A DNA stretch of 64,000 nucleotides from Camelus ferus (Eukaryota), in the NCBI RefSeq assembly GCF_009834535.1, contig NC_045698.1, forward strand, positions 4,714,001 through 4,778,000. The letters are read 5' to 3'. Below are positions 26,051 to 39,559 of this stretch, in pieces (the first letter of the stretch is position 1; every line of letters starts with the position of its first letter). Under the pieces are notes generated by a model, which made no database searches, was not told the origin of the DNA, and saw only the letters and a program-made list of their open reading frames with translations. The position numbers were made by a program, and so were the translations under genes.

Positions 26051-26098
26051 ATAACTTGCTATTTGTTCCTGTGCATAACTTGCTATTTGTTCCTGTGC
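26051..26098. repeat. Perfect 24-bp tandem duplication
   Basis: ataacttgctatttgttcctgtgc occurs twice (26051-26074, 26075-26098). Confidence 0.95.
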
Positions 26099-26279
26099 TT
26101 TATTGAGTCACATTGTTCTTGTAGCTCTCCAGAGAAATCAGCTGCCTTCCGAAGTTTCACAGGGCTAAGAAGCCGTTGAACTAGGTGCCAAGTTCAAATG
26201 ATCAGATGTTGTTTCTACTCTACTTACACACAGTTGAACATTAACTTCTTTGATTGAATAAGTTTAATGGATACTTAAA

Positions 26280-26690
26280 GGAGAGATGGCTCTCTGGCTG
26301 GGGAGCAGGGTCAAAAGTGGAAGGTGTTCTCATTGGGCATCAATTTTCTGTTCTGCAAGATGAGTAAGTCCCAAAGATCTGCCCTACACACGGCACTTAT
26401 AGTTGACAGTATCATGAAATGTGAAATATGTTCAGAGAATAGATCTCATGTTAAGCATTAGTGCCAAAAATAGGACACCAAAGCATGCAGGGAAATTTCT
26501 GGAGGTGGTGAATGATATGTTCGGTACTTTGGTTGTGGCAATGGGACCATGGATGGATCCATATGCCCAGACTCATCAAGACGGAGACATTAAATGTGTG
26601 CAATCTTTTTTGTGTATCAATTATATCCCTTAAAGCTAAAAAAATCCCAAGTTGCTATAAATATTCATATACCGAAAAAAAAAAAAAAAG
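26280..26690 (+). mobile_element. LINE-1 3'UTR (L1MA10/L1MB-like)
   Basis: ttctgcaagatgagtaagtcccaaagatctgc...tagatctcatgttaagc...tgtatcaattatatcccttaaagct followed by A-rich tails. Confidence 0.8.
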
Positions 26691-28704
26691 AGCGGAAGGT
26701 GACAGGTCTAAGAAGGGAAGGGGGAAGGGGCCAAAGAAGCAAGTGGGATGGGTGCAGACCTTCACCCTGCTTAGCACATTTTCCCGAGGCTGGCCAAGAC
26801 TGATGATGTGGAAATCAATTCCGCAGCAGGCTTTTAATCTGTGTAAGATGGTGATTGAGAGGGTGACAAACACTAAGATCCCACTGTTAGGGAAGAAAAT
26901 AAAGTGGTTCTCAAGTCTAGGTTGCTGTGATTTAAAAATTGCAATAAAGCAAAGCATCATAGTGCCACCTTTCACATTCATGTATCCTTAAATTCAGGGA
27001 CTAAGTTGAGTTTTACACTACCATGTTTTCTATTTAAAAGTTGCAAAATATTAGAATAATACCAGTTGCCATCATCTTCGTAATGAACACCGTCACCCAC
27101 TCTGTAGCTCATCTGCCTTGTGGAGGCTGGATGCGTCTCTCGGCTCAGATGCTCAGGTACATCACTTTTCTTTCCAGATGGCAGCTTCATGATCATCTCC
27201 CAGGTGAACACATTTTGTTTTTGAATCATCTCCTCTTCTGAAATTGTAAAGGACACAATATTCAGGAGAGTTCAGATGCTTCAGAGGAGTTTGATTTTAA
27301 CGTGACAAGAGAAATGAGCTCCTAGGAGGTAAAGGGCTTCTGGAAGGACACCGGAAATCTGCCCAGTCATTTATGATGGCTAGGCTACAGAGGACTTTAA
27401 AACTGTTTTTGAAATGTCTCTGCTTCCAATTCTGACTTAGGTCAAGAAGGCAATCAGACACCTGATACAAATCCGTATTTTTGGAACAAGGTGCAGTGAT
27501 AATACTTATTGGGTCAAGCTTTACAGAAGCAGCCATTGGAACAAAGTAGAGAAAACCCTGTGGCAGCATCTTTTTCTGTTTCTGGTGTAGACTGGAGTTA
27601 GTATTTCCAGATATGAGAAGCAGTTACCAGACCATTTGCCCCTATTAATTTGTCAAAAATTATAAGTGAGTAATGACTAACTCCGATGGGTGGTTTAACT
27701 GAAACCAGCCTGTAAATCCTCAGGGATTAATCCAAGAAAGAGAGAACAACAATACCTGAAATACTATTAAAACTGTACAAGAAAATAGAAACAAAAATGG
27801 GAGAACGGAAAATGAAATCTATTACATTAATTTGGCAGAATGTGAAACAAATGTGAAAAGATAATTATTAAGTCTAAGCAGTGCTATATGGGAAAGTGTA
27901 TGAAATAATAGAAAATAAAAAATACAGACTTTCACCCTTGCCCTACACAGAGCCACAGAGAACTGCGAAGCTGTCACGTCATTAATGTCGCCTCTACAAT
28001 GTTTATGCCATGAATAGTCATAACGGTGGGGTAAGAAGTGACTAGTACTTGCCTAAGATTGAGGGAAGCCCAGAAGCCCACCCAGAAATCAGACACAGTT
28101 CCCAGAGAGCACACAGAGCAGAGGACCTCTAGCTATGGCGTGCCCCTTGGTGAAGTTTGATGTTTCTGCATTTTGATCCCTTTTATTTTCTCCTGTGATT
28201 TTAAAAGAAGACTGGAAGAGAGACATAAACTGTTGAGAGAAATATGGTAATTATATATTTAGAAACTTGATAAGACGAAGCACATTTTCTCAAACCTAGC
28301 AAACTGTCATGTTTATGTTCTCACTCTGAGTAAAAGAACGCCACCCACCCAGATACCCTGGGAGCAAACACAGAGGCAGTCATGCACAGAGATGCCAGTC
28401 ATGGGATGTCCATGCACTTCGTCCTCAAACATACTGGCAATTTAGTAGGTAGGTATGCTTAAACAAACAAACGTGGTAGTTCTGCAACTTAAAAGTATGG
28501 TTATTAAGTCCCCATGACTATTTCTTGTTGTTGTTATAAAAGTCATTATTTGCCTAATTTTCCTGGAGACCCTTAATTTATATTAGTTGTGGAAAAAGAC
28601 TGCTAACTAAACATAGATTATTGGCTTCTTCTTGGACATGCATCTTAGGAGCCACAAGAAGAGAAAAAGATTGAAAGAACAGAAATTTCACTTGAGAACA
28701 TGAA

Positions 28705-29995
28705 ACATAGTTTCTTGAACAAATGATGTTGGGAAAATTAGATATCTAATTGCAAAAGAATGAAATTGGATCTTTATCTTATGCCATACAAAAAATTAAC
28801 TCAAAATGGACTAAAGATTTGAATGTAAGACTTACATCTATGAAACTCCTAGAATAAAACATAGAGGAAAAGCTTCATGACATTGGTCTTGGCAATGATT
28901 TCATGAATATGGCATCAAAAGCACAGGCAGCAGAAGGAAAGATAAACAAGTGGGACTATATCAGACTAAAAAGCTTCTGCACAGCAAAGGAAGCCATTAA
29001 CAGAGTGCAAATACAACCTCCTGAATGGGAGAAAGTATCTGCAAACCGTATATCTGATAAGGAATCAGTATCCAAAATGTACAAGGAACTATTACAACTC
29101 AATAACAATAACAATGAAAACACTTGATTTAAAAATGGGTAAAGATTTGAATAGATATTTCTCTGAAGAATAGTTACAAATGGCCAACTTGTATATGAAA
29201 GTATGCTCAGTATCACTAATCGTCAGGGAAATGCAAATCCAGACCACAGCAGATAGCACCTCACACCTGGTAGAATGGCTGTTATAAAACAAACAAACAA
29301 ACAAATAAACAAACAAACAAACAAGCAAGAAAAGTTCACAAGCGTTGGCTAGTAGGTGTTGATGGGACTTTAAGATGGTATGGCCACTATAAAAATGGTA
29401 TGACAATTCCTCAAAAAATTAAAAATAGAATTACCATATTATCTATCAATCTCATTCTGGATATATACTCAAAAGAATTGAAATCAGGATCTTGAAAATC
29501 TGTTTGTACCCCCATGTGTATTACAGCATTGTTTACAATAGCCAAGATATAGAAACAACCTAAGTGTCCATCAATGGATGAATGGAGAAAGATGTGATAT
29601 ATACACACAATGAAATGATATAAGAAGTTCTGCCAAATGCAACAACATGGATGAACCTTGAGAACATTATGCTAAGTGAAATAAGCCAGTCGTAGGACAA
29701 ATATTGCATCATTCCACTTAAATGAGGTATCTAAAATAGTCAAACTCATAGAATCAGAGAATAGAATGGCAGTTGCTTGGGGATGGGAGTAGGGAGAAAT
29801 GGAGAGTTGCTCTTCAATGGGTATAAAGCTTCTGCTAGGCAAGATAAATACATTCTAGATATCTGGTGTATGACATTGTGCTTATAGTTAACAACATGGT
29901 AACATGCACTTAAACATTTTTGAAGAGGGTAGATCTCATGTTAAGTTGTCTTACCACAAAAAGTAGTAATTAATAATAACAATGATAATAAAACT
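28705..29995 (+). mobile_element. 5'-truncated LINE-1 (ORF2 C-terminus + 3'UTR), decayed
   Basis: ORF 28903..29127 (KINKWDYIRLKSFCTAKEAINRV...EWEKVSAN...YKELLQLN) is L1 ORF2p C-terminal sequence; frameshifts and stops present; internal (AAAC)n at ~29286-29325. Confidence 0.95.
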
Positions 29996-30699
29996 GTAAG
30001 ACACTTGGGATGGCAGAAGGTATTTGTGTTCCTGTGTAGGAAGAAACAGTTGTGGAACAGGCCATTCCCAGGGAACCCACACACAGCGGATGAGTCCCTC
30101 TCTCTCTTCCCCTACATGGCCGTGTGAGTATATGGCTGGCATTGTGATCCATGCAGGCTAAGCCTGGTCTAGCCTAGGAGATGCCCCTATTTTTAACTTG
30201 CAAATTTGGAATATGTTCTATGGCTAGGTGGGCAAAGCTCTGCCAAACTGGTCCTTATCTACCCACCGAAGATGCTGTGTAAATTTCCACCCATTTCCAA
30301 GATGGATTGCCTACTATGATGGTGGTGAGGCTGGAAAACAATAATGCCAGCTAAAGGAAGAGAGAATATTGAGGTGGTGATCTGGAAGAGCTGGAGTGCT
30401 AAAAGCAATGAGTGGAAGTGCAGCTTGTCTGCCTTTATGTGTGTCCTGAATTCCAACTCTGCCCCACAAGGCATCCTGAGAAATAACAAGGAGGAGTGGC
30501 TTGATGTTGAACCCAAAAATGTTTGGGTCCAGAACAATGCACTTGGAAGGTGTATTGTGGGGTAGGCATGCCTTAATGACGTCAGACGTATGAATGGTTC
30601 TCTGCCCTGAGGAGTGTTTCTCCTACCCCTCAAGCTGGCCAAGGGGACCAAAGCACTTGGCTCTTCTCCCAAGTCAGCATCACTAGTCAAGACAGTGGA

Positions 30700-32460
30700 C
30701 CATCCCAAAGAATAAAGATGAGCTCACAGGAAAAAATCGTGAGACAAATTTCAAACAAGAAACCAGTAGAAAAACTGCTAGGAGGTAAAACAAACTATTT
30801 CAACACTAAGAAAAATAAATTTAAAATAAGCATAATAACTATCCTCAGAGAGATAAGAGAGAATATTTGCAATCCTTAATCATGTGTGTCTGCATCAATA
30901 CCAAGGTGTAGGTCAGGGGTAACTGGCTTAGGCCATCTGGAGGGAGATGAGTGCATCTTAGGGCTCTTTTCTTGTATGAGAGGACTTTGCTCATCTTTAG
31001 ACATTCGTATGGGAAAAAACTAAAATTATGGTTTCAACTGTTTAAGGGTAACCATCAGAATAATGAAAATAGGACCTATTTTTAAATCAGCAGAAGACAG
31101 CTCTGTATATCAAAGTGAAAGTAAGAAAAGAGAAGACAAGAAACAAAATAATTAAGCATGGTAAGTGGAGGATCATAAAATAAGATGGCTCAAATAATCC
31201 TACTATAACCATAATTACAATAAGTGTAAGTGGGTTAAATACCCTCAAGTTGTGTAGATTGAATTTTGAAAAATATTCCAGTTTATATTTATAAGCAATT
31301 TCAGTTAATTTTTACATAGAAAAACAAGTGACTCAGCTACAGAATATAGGAAGGTTAAAAATAAAAGGATACAAAGAATACACATTTGAAGAAAAGGAAG
31401 CCAGTATAGCAACTGCAATATCAGACAACAGTAAAATTTTTAAATGAAATACAGAATAAACGAAAGATAGAGATTTTGCGCATAGAACTAAGAAAATACT
31501 CTAAACTAATATTTGTTTTACTTGATGTAAAGAATTAAGAAAATAAAGGTTGTGAATCTATTGAAAACGAATAAAATGGCCTCAGAATATATAAAATCTG
31601 GTGGAGTCACAGGGAGGAATAAATAACTGTACAGTCGTTGTCAGCGTGAACAACCCCTACCTTAACCTGGCAGATCAGTGTGGCAAGCTAAGCCATACCA
31701 GAAACCCATCATCATGAAATAAATTAAAAACAAAACAAAACAACAACAAAAATTAACAAGTGAAAACAGTTGAGTTAAACGGCAAAATTGAAAGCTGGTT
31801 CTTCGAAAGGATTTAACACAAGCAATGCTCTGGCAAATCTGATCAAGGAATGAAAAAGGATACACAAACGAAAAACACGCAGAATGAGTTATGGGGAATA
31901 ATTTCTAAAGATGCGCTGGTGGGCTGTGGCAAAAATGTGAGTGCTCCTGCTCATCTGCTAGAAGTGGACTCTGACAGCCATTGCTTTGAAGAGCAATCTG
32001 GCAGTGCTTAGGTATCATACAACTTAGCAGTTTTACTCCTCTGTTTATATTCTCCAAGACATCTGCCCAAATGTCCAAGGAGACACGGGCATTGTAGCAA
32101 AGAACTGGAGACAGCATCGGTGTTCAGCAGTACGGCAATGGATGAAAAGAGTGTGGCATGCGCAGAATGGAATGCAATGCAGACATAGAAGGAGGAATTG
32201 CAACCTTGTATGACAGCAGGAATGAATACTGCTGTGAAAGCAGCAATGCATGGATTAGGTTTATTGTATAAAGACCATGTAAATAAATTAAAACCTATAC
32301 AACCAACAGCAGTATTACATACAGAGGAGCACATGGAGATACATGTATGGGAGGTGGGTTGGAAAGATATTTAGCAAATGGCAGTGGTCCCCTTGGTGGG
32401 GAGATTGGGAATGGGATCTGGGATTAGGTTGAAAAGGGGAAACATTATGCTAAAAGTAAG
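30700..32460 (+). mobile_element. Old, heavily deleted LINE-1 (L1ME-like)
   Basis: ORF2-start-like ataattacaataagtgtaagtgggttaaata at ~31210, then ORF2-end-like ttgaagagcaatctggcagtg and aatggaatgcaatgcag at ~31990-32200. Confidence 0.65.
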
Positions 32461-32759
32461 CCAGTGTTGTCCCACTGATGCTAATGTTTACAAATCCAGA
32501 CATATTATCAAGAAAGGAAAGGAACTCTTTCCCCCGAATGCATAACTGAGAATGAGAAAGAAACAAGTTTATAGGCTAATCCCCACCTCCACCCCCAGCA
32601 AAGTGTTTATTAGATGACTTTCAGCACAATGGAATATTCATACGGAAATACGCGAGACGCTATTGCCACACTTAGGTTTAACTCTAACGGTGTGAAACAG
32701 GAGGAATCCCGTCCCTCCGATTTGCCCTCCTTGTGTATTGATTGATAAAATCCCAGTAC

Positions 32760-33440
32760 TAAGAGCTAACATTTGCACAGTGCCTCTCATTTTAAGAAGA
32801 AAAGTCCCATAGATTATGTCATTTGATCTTTGCAATAATTCCACAAGGCAGGTAAACTGGAATTACTGTTATGCTCATTTGATAGAAGCTATTGATCCTC
32901 AGAGGTGTCGAGTGAAATAAAGGCACAGCCTGAAAGTTGAGTGTTATGTTTTATTCGGCGGACATTTCTGAGGACTCAAACCCCTTCGAGCCCTGGATGA
33001 CGGCCTCTCAGATGGCTCTGAGGGACTGCTCCAAAGAGGTAGGGGAGAAGCTAGGATGTATAGGAGTCTTACAACAAAGACCAGGTAGTTAGAACATTAA
33101 AAGCTTACTTGTTAACTAAAGAAAACGAGGCATCTCAAGTTAAAGAATTTAGTGCTTTTCTCTTTATGGGAGGAAGCAAACATTTGGGCTCACTGAATTC
33201 ATTCCTTTGACAAGCACCTAGCCATCTAGGGCGAGTCCTGTCCTTTCTTATTCTGGGTCCCCTCAGAGGGCACCACTGTGAGTGGCTGCAGGCTTGTCTT
33301 CACTTGGGGGTGGCGGCAGCCACTGATGACTTGATGGCTTCAGCATTCTTTGTTTACTGATACGGTTTGCAGTATTTTTCGTTCACAGGGGTTAAGCGAC
33401 TTATCCAAACTCTCATAGCTGAGTTTAATCTGAACCACCC
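32760..33440 (-). mobile_element. MIR SINE split by an LTR insertion
   Basis: catttgatctttgcaataattccacaaggcaggta...ctcattttgatag...ctcagagg | LTR | ggggttaagcgacttatccaa. Confidence 0.75.
32906..33387 (-). mobile_element. ERV1 solo LTR (MER41-like, laurasiatherian type)
   Basis: TG...CA termini; 4-bp TSD gagg/gggg (1 mismatch); gcctctcagatggctctgagggactgctccaaagagg and catctcaagttaaagaatttagtgcttttct resemble MER41-related LTRs; aataaa on the minus strand. Confidence 0.85.
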
Positions 33441-34609
33441 CCTTTCTTCTTCCGCATCACCTCCCTGAAGCCTGGCTTGCTGGGGCAACTAGCAGTCTTT
33501 GCACTTGGAGCTTGTCCAAGATTCCAGACTTCAGTTCTTTGCTGCAGTTGAACAAACTCTCATTTATTCCTCCCTGTACACCTTCTATATATTATTTGCA
33601 TATTTACCTCTAAATAGTATCATTTGGGTGTGTGAGTTGTATTCAAATGGGAATTGTCCAAGGAATAACTTTCTATGTGACATTCTGCAAGTGAGTGAGC
33701 CTCCCTGAGTCTCACCTGTTTCATTGGCAAGATCAGGGGTCGAATTCTGTGAAAATGTCTCTTCTAGTTCTTAAAAGTCTATGCATCTAGAAATATAATC
33801 TTAAAGATGCACTAAAATTAGCACCTTTCTTTGTTTTTCTAGCCTGCAAAAATTTTCAGAATTCTCCAGTCACCCATTGCTTCTGTACCGTTTTCACTGA
33901 ATCTAAAAACAGCATGTTTCAGTAGGAACAAAAGGCTCAATAACTTGAAAAGAATCTTCAAGTGGTACTGCAATTTTCTTACTCAAACAAGTTCTCTTAC
34001 ACCTACCTTCTGCGCCTGGGGACTGACACACACAGCTAAGCAAGGGGCACTAAGGATCTTTGTAAGAGGTTGTCTGGAGGTGGCACTTCTGACCCTGCTC
34101 CTGGCCTCAAGGAGCTGGAACAGGTGCACGTGGGCACAGGTCCCCGCTCTGGGCCTCCCTGCTCGCTCTGCGGGACGGCGCACACTTGCTGGTTTGGGAT
34201 GTGTCATTTCTTTTTCTCATTAAGAATACTGCTTGAAAATGAGAATGAAACAAGTGTGCAGGCCAACCCCCACCTCCTCCCCAATCCAAATGTCTATTTA
34301 GTGGGTGATTTTCAGCACAATGGAATATTCACAGGGAAATGTGTGCCTTAAAGGCATGCTTCATTCCTGAAATAAACAACTTAAAAGTGACAATACATGA
34401 TAAACAAACTTAAGCTTATGCAAACCCAGAAGCAATTCACATCAGGTTAGCATACATTTTTCTGTTCAACCTGGAGAATATCACATCTGTCTATTAAACA
34501 TGATTTAGCATCTCAGGGCAGGGTTTCTCCAGGAGGAATTCTGGTGCAGCCAAGGAGAACTTCCTGGGGAGTTTGGGAAAAGCCAAGCTTTTGCGAGAAG
34601 TAGTAGTTT

Positions 34610-34845
34610 CTGAGCGTGGAGATGCTCATGCAGACGCCTGCTTGAATCCTGGCTGTGCCACTTACTGACTGTGTGACCCTGAGTAAGTCAGTGACTTTTC
34701 TGTACTTGGATTTTATCATCTGAACATGGGGCTGATCACAGGACCTACTTCACAGAGACATTGTGAAGATTAAATGATTGAGTACAAGTGAAGTGTCTGG
34801 AACAGTGCTCAGCATACAGTGGGCACTTGATTGATATGAGCCACG
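34610..34845 (+). mobile_element. MIR SINE
   Basis: ttgaatcctggctgtgccacttactgactgtgtgaccctgagtaagtca...ttgtgaagattaaatga...gaacagtgctcagcatacagt. Confidence 0.9.
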
Positions 34846-34949
34846 ATCTTTTTTCATTATTTTCATTACTATTCACCAGGAGATATTATTCATGTTTTGT
34901 CAGGGACAGGAAAACAGTGAAATGGGTTATATAAAATGCGCTATATTCC

Positions 34950-35085
34950 CATTTAGATGCCTCTATCATTTTGTTCATTTCTATCGTTGAGGAGAGTTCC
35001 ACTGTACGAACGTACCACAATTTGCTTATCCATTCATCAGTTGCCAGATTTGTTTTCATTTTTGGCAATTGTGAATCAAGCCACT
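34950..35085 (-). mobile_element. Short LINE-1 ORF2-end fragment
   Basis: gttccactgtacgaacgtaccacaatttgcttatccattcatcagttg. Confidence 0.75.
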
Positions 35086-36744
35086 TATTTCAGGGTTCAT
35101 ACAATGACTAACCAAGGATGTTTGTAAGTTTCTCTATGGAAAAATCACCATGAGCTATTGTTGAACTTGACCTTGAGGCAAGTGTTCCCTTGGTCTGTGT
35201 TTTCCATCCTGGTCAACCCTCCCTGGCTTTCAGCTCTACACTGGTGTGTATGCTATTCTCATTATCTGATATTTGTTATTTCATGAGTAATTTAAGAAGT
35301 GATCCAGTTAGATTGTTTTCGGTAGTTGCTTTATGTTCATCTAAATGGAAATAAGGACAAAAAGGAAAGAGTTGAATGAGACTGTCATTGCAGTTTCTCA
35401 AGTTTCCAGTTATTGATGAATATTTACTGTCAAGATTTCTGTTCTCTCACTTCATTTTATTCCTTTGCTAAAACTCAGTACCTATGTGGGTTATAAAGTG
35501 ACTTCCTCATTTTCATTCATTAATGTAGATTTTAAAATTCTTTAAAATTCTCTACTTTTATATAACCATACATTTTGTGGATATTTTAGTAAGAGGTCAC
35601 TTTCCAAACTCATTTTACAAAGAAATGCTTTAACTTTCTCATTAATGTTAATAGACTTTAGATGGCAAAGCCATTGATGGTGTATAGAATTGCCAGTTTC
35701 TAAGCATAGACTTAGAGATTTTAACCTTATTTAAAATGTTAGGTGTTTTTCTTTACTTTGGATTCATGATTATTTTACTAGCCCCCACAGATGATTCTGT
35801 TTCCATGGTCCAACACTTGAGCCTTCAGAATGCCTGCGGGATTTTCTAAAGTGTACTGAGTGAACTTCTGGTGCTCATTTTGATCGTCAAGGCGAATGAA
35901 AGACGTTTGTTTTAACAAACAACATACACTGGCTTCCTTTTACGTTTGCCAAGATTCTCAAGAATCCAACGTCATTTTGAGGCATCCTACCTCATAGGTA
36001 GTATTTCCCATGTGTGCTCTTCCAACTTTTAAGAAATGTCTATAGTTCAAGCCAATGTAAAGGAGTTCACGGGAAGAATTTGAGCCCCTGCCAGAGTGCA
36101 CGAGACACAGCTACCCAAGTGCCCTACGGACTCCCAGCTTACTCATCTCCTGAGGGATCGCAGCTTCCCTGCGGGGCTCCTGGGAGCAGATAGCAAGTGG
36201 AGAGGCTCTGCAAAGGATGCCAGTCTCTTGAGTGTGTTCATTTAACTGTGAAACTTGCCAAGGGGCACTGTGCTGTAAGGAAGGGTGCTCCCCATCCAGC
36301 TGGCTCCCATGGGCTAGCCCAGAGTCTGACAGGACTTACTGAATTGAATTGATTCAAGCTTCTTATTAAAAGGAAGCAGGACAAAATGCTTTGGTATCTA
36401 TTAAATTAACTTCCTTTCCTCAATTCTTTGAGCAACACTTACTTCTACATATCACTCCAGATTCTCCAACAATTGTTTCAAAAAAAAGGGTTCCTAATGA
36501 GATCTCATAATCTTTGGTACCATCCCTTTACTGTGCCAAAGAGGGAGTATTTCCCTGTACTCTTTCCAAACCTGTTTCTTTAGGGTCTCAGCCTTTCAAT
36601 GGAAATGAGCCCTTTCACTTGAAATTTCCTACCTTAAAGTAAAGTTCTGTCCTAACCAGGTGAATTCACTGCACTCTTCTAGAAGTTTCTTTGCTCATTG
36701 ACACTCAGATGTGAGAATTAGAAGAAAACTCTCAAGTATGTTTT

Positions 36745-38230
36745 AAAATTACATCATTTACTGAGGCATGATATTCACACAGTAAATTCGCCCTCTTTAA
36801 TGTGCAGTTCCATCAGCTTTTACAGACGCAGTCATGGCATCACCACGGCACGTTATTCACCAGCTGAAGGTCGCTTGGGTCCTTTCCAGTTTGGGTGATT
36901 ATGAATTAAGCCACTACAAGCGTTCACATGCAGGTTTTGTTGTAAACTTCAGCTCTCATTTCCTTTGGGTAAATGCCTTGACATAGGATTGTTCGGTTAC
37001 ATAGTAAGCGCAACTTCAACTTTACAAGAAATTGCCAAACCGTCTTCCAAAGTGGTTGTAACTCTCTGCGTTGCCTACCAGGCGTGCATGAGTGTTCCAG
37101 TTGCTCCAAGTCCCTGCGCGCACTTGGTGTTACTACTTAAACATTTTGTTGTTTAAATTTTAGTTCTTCTAATTAGAGAATAATGATATCTAATTGTGGT
37201 TCTAATTTGCATTTCTCTAATGACTAATTATGTTGAACAGCTTTTCATGTATGTATTTTCCATTCATAGGTCTTCTTGGTAAAGCGTCTGTACCAATCTT
37301 TTTCCCATTTTTAGGGAGCTTGTTTATTTTCTTTACATTGAATTTTGAGAGTTATTTATGTCTTCTGTACGCAAGTTCTTTACCAAGTATGTTCTTTGAA
37401 AATATTTTCTTCCAGAAAGGCAGCTTGCTTTGAAAATTTTATTAACAGAGTCCTTCAAGGAAAAGGAATTTTTTATGTTTTATAAAGTCCAATTTATTGA
37501 TTTTTTTCTTTTATTGTTCATGGCTTAGTGTTTAAGAAATCTTTGCCTAAATCTAGCTCATTAATATCTTCTCCTGTGTTTCCCAGTAGAAATTTTGTAG
37601 TTTTGGGTTTAAATTGCAATTTAGTGTTTGTAAACGGTGCAAGGCATGGGTCAGCTGTATTTACTTGTTTGCACCCTGATGGCCAGTTGTTCCAAACTTT
37701 GTTAAGACTATTCCTTCCCTCATTAACGTACCACTGCAGCTTTGTTGGAAATCATTTATTTGATCGTGTATATGTGAGGCACCCATGGACTGTATGTTCT
37801 GTTCAACCGATCTGTGTCTATCCCGATCAATACATTCTCTTCATTACTGCAGCTTTATAATAAGTCTTGCAATCAGGTCATGGAGGTTCCTTAAACTTGA
37901 TTCTTTTTTCTTATTCAAAAAATTTTTGACTATCCTAGTTCGTTTGCCTTTCCAGAGAAATTTTACAATCAACTCATCAATTTCACAAGATTTTCTGCTG
38001 GGATTTTGATTGGAATTGCATTGCATCTATAGATCATTTTGGAGAGAACTGACAACATTGAACCTTCCAATCAATGAGTATGATGTATCTTTCCATTTAT
38101 TTGCCTTTTCTATGATTTTTTTCCCTCAGCATTTTGTGGCTTTCAGCTTAGAAATGTTGCACATCTTCTGTTATATTTAAATCTAAGTATTTTATTTTTG
38201 GCTGCTATGGCAAATGGTAGGCTTTTAGGC
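36745..38230 (-). mobile_element. LINE-1 (L1MB/MC-like) ORF2 3' half + 3' end, antisense
   Basis: Minus ORFs 36924..37109 (LWKTVWQFLVKL...GIYPKEM) and 37844..38026 (EIDELIVKFLWKGKRTRIVK) are L1 ORF2p remnants. Confidence 0.9.
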
Positions 38231-39559
38231 TAATCAGCTAATTTTTTTCAATTTCTATTATTATCTTTGTTTCTTGAATTCTTCTCCTTCACTCGAGGTT
38301 GACTTTTCTGCTTTACTTTTGTGTTTACTTCTCTCTCTCTCTCAACTCAATTAAAATCACATTGTACATAGCATTTCATAAACTTTCCCCTTATATCCTT
38401 CATTTTAATGCCTGCATTCTTTGAAAGTGTGTGATTATTTCCTTATGCAGAGTATTTAAGTTTTTAAATTATGAGTAAAACCAGTGAACATTTCTGTGCA
38501 TATGACTTGAAAAAAAGAGAATATCTTTGTTTAAAATCGTGTTTCTTATTGAGAAACTTTTGATAGCAAATCAAGTAAAGGAAAAGCTTATCATTAATAT
38601 AACCTGTCATAAAAGTTTAGCAATACTAAGAGTTCAAAAATATTGAACTATGTTACAAGATACGTTGAAATTAGTGAAGCATATTGAAATATAAATGATC
38701 TATGTGCGTACAGTGTTATTATTTCTAAGTCCTCCTGTTGACTATTAGAGTGTCACAATGTTTCTCCTGGATTTTCTCATTTTATGTTTAAACTCTGCAT
38801 ATGGGTGCTCTGACCGCCCCTCATGTGGCTGTGCTGCACTCCATTTAACTCTTCTCCTTTTTTGAACATAGTGGTACTTTATCTGTTGCCGTTGCAATCA
38901 TTGCTCCAGCAGCATCTTCTTGCATATTTTTTATGCACGAGTGTGAGGATCTCTCGTCAATATGTGTTTTTCCATGCCCAGTAGTTGGAGACTCTCTGCT
39001 TCCTTCGGTTGGGGCTGTCTTGTGAGCAGCACACGGCCGTCTTCCAGCCAGCCGGGTGATGTGCCGTCCTGTGGGCAGTTTCAGTCCCGTCTCACGTGCT
39101 GTGACAGATGCTGTCGCTGTCTCTCTCCACAGCCCCACCTGGGTTCTCCTGAGCGGAGGGATGTCCCCGCAGGCTGCTGCCTTCACCTCTTGTGTCGGTG
39201 TCATCCCTCATGTTGGCTTGAGGGCTTTCTCAGGTACTGTGGGAACTACTCTGCCACAGACAGGCTCGGTGCTGAAACGAGAACCAGAGCCACAGAGGCA
39301 GCAGTAGCCGATGGGGTCAGTGCCTCAGTGCCTCCTTTGCGTGCTGGGTGACCCAGCCGGCTGCGAGTCTCCCACGGCTTCAGAGGCTCTCCATGGGGCA
39401 GAGCCCCAGATGCCCAGAGTCACCTCTGTGGGTTTTCTCACTTCCCTATCTCACATGTGCTTGTGGAATCATCCTTCAAAAAACCACCATGCCCCCTTCT
39501 TTGCTGCAGGGGCTGCTTTGGAAGGGTCCTTGTTCATGACTAGTATGACTAGTATCCCC

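Noticed and set aside
28903..29127. Functional reverse transcriptase/ORF2 gene
   Set aside because: Only a frameshifted C-terminal remnant of a truncated L1; the same applies to 54354..54638 and 59443..59700.
35091..35220. hAT-Blackjack-like MITE (cagggtt...ggtcaaccct)
   Set aside because: Only very short terminal similarity; could not be supported without a search.
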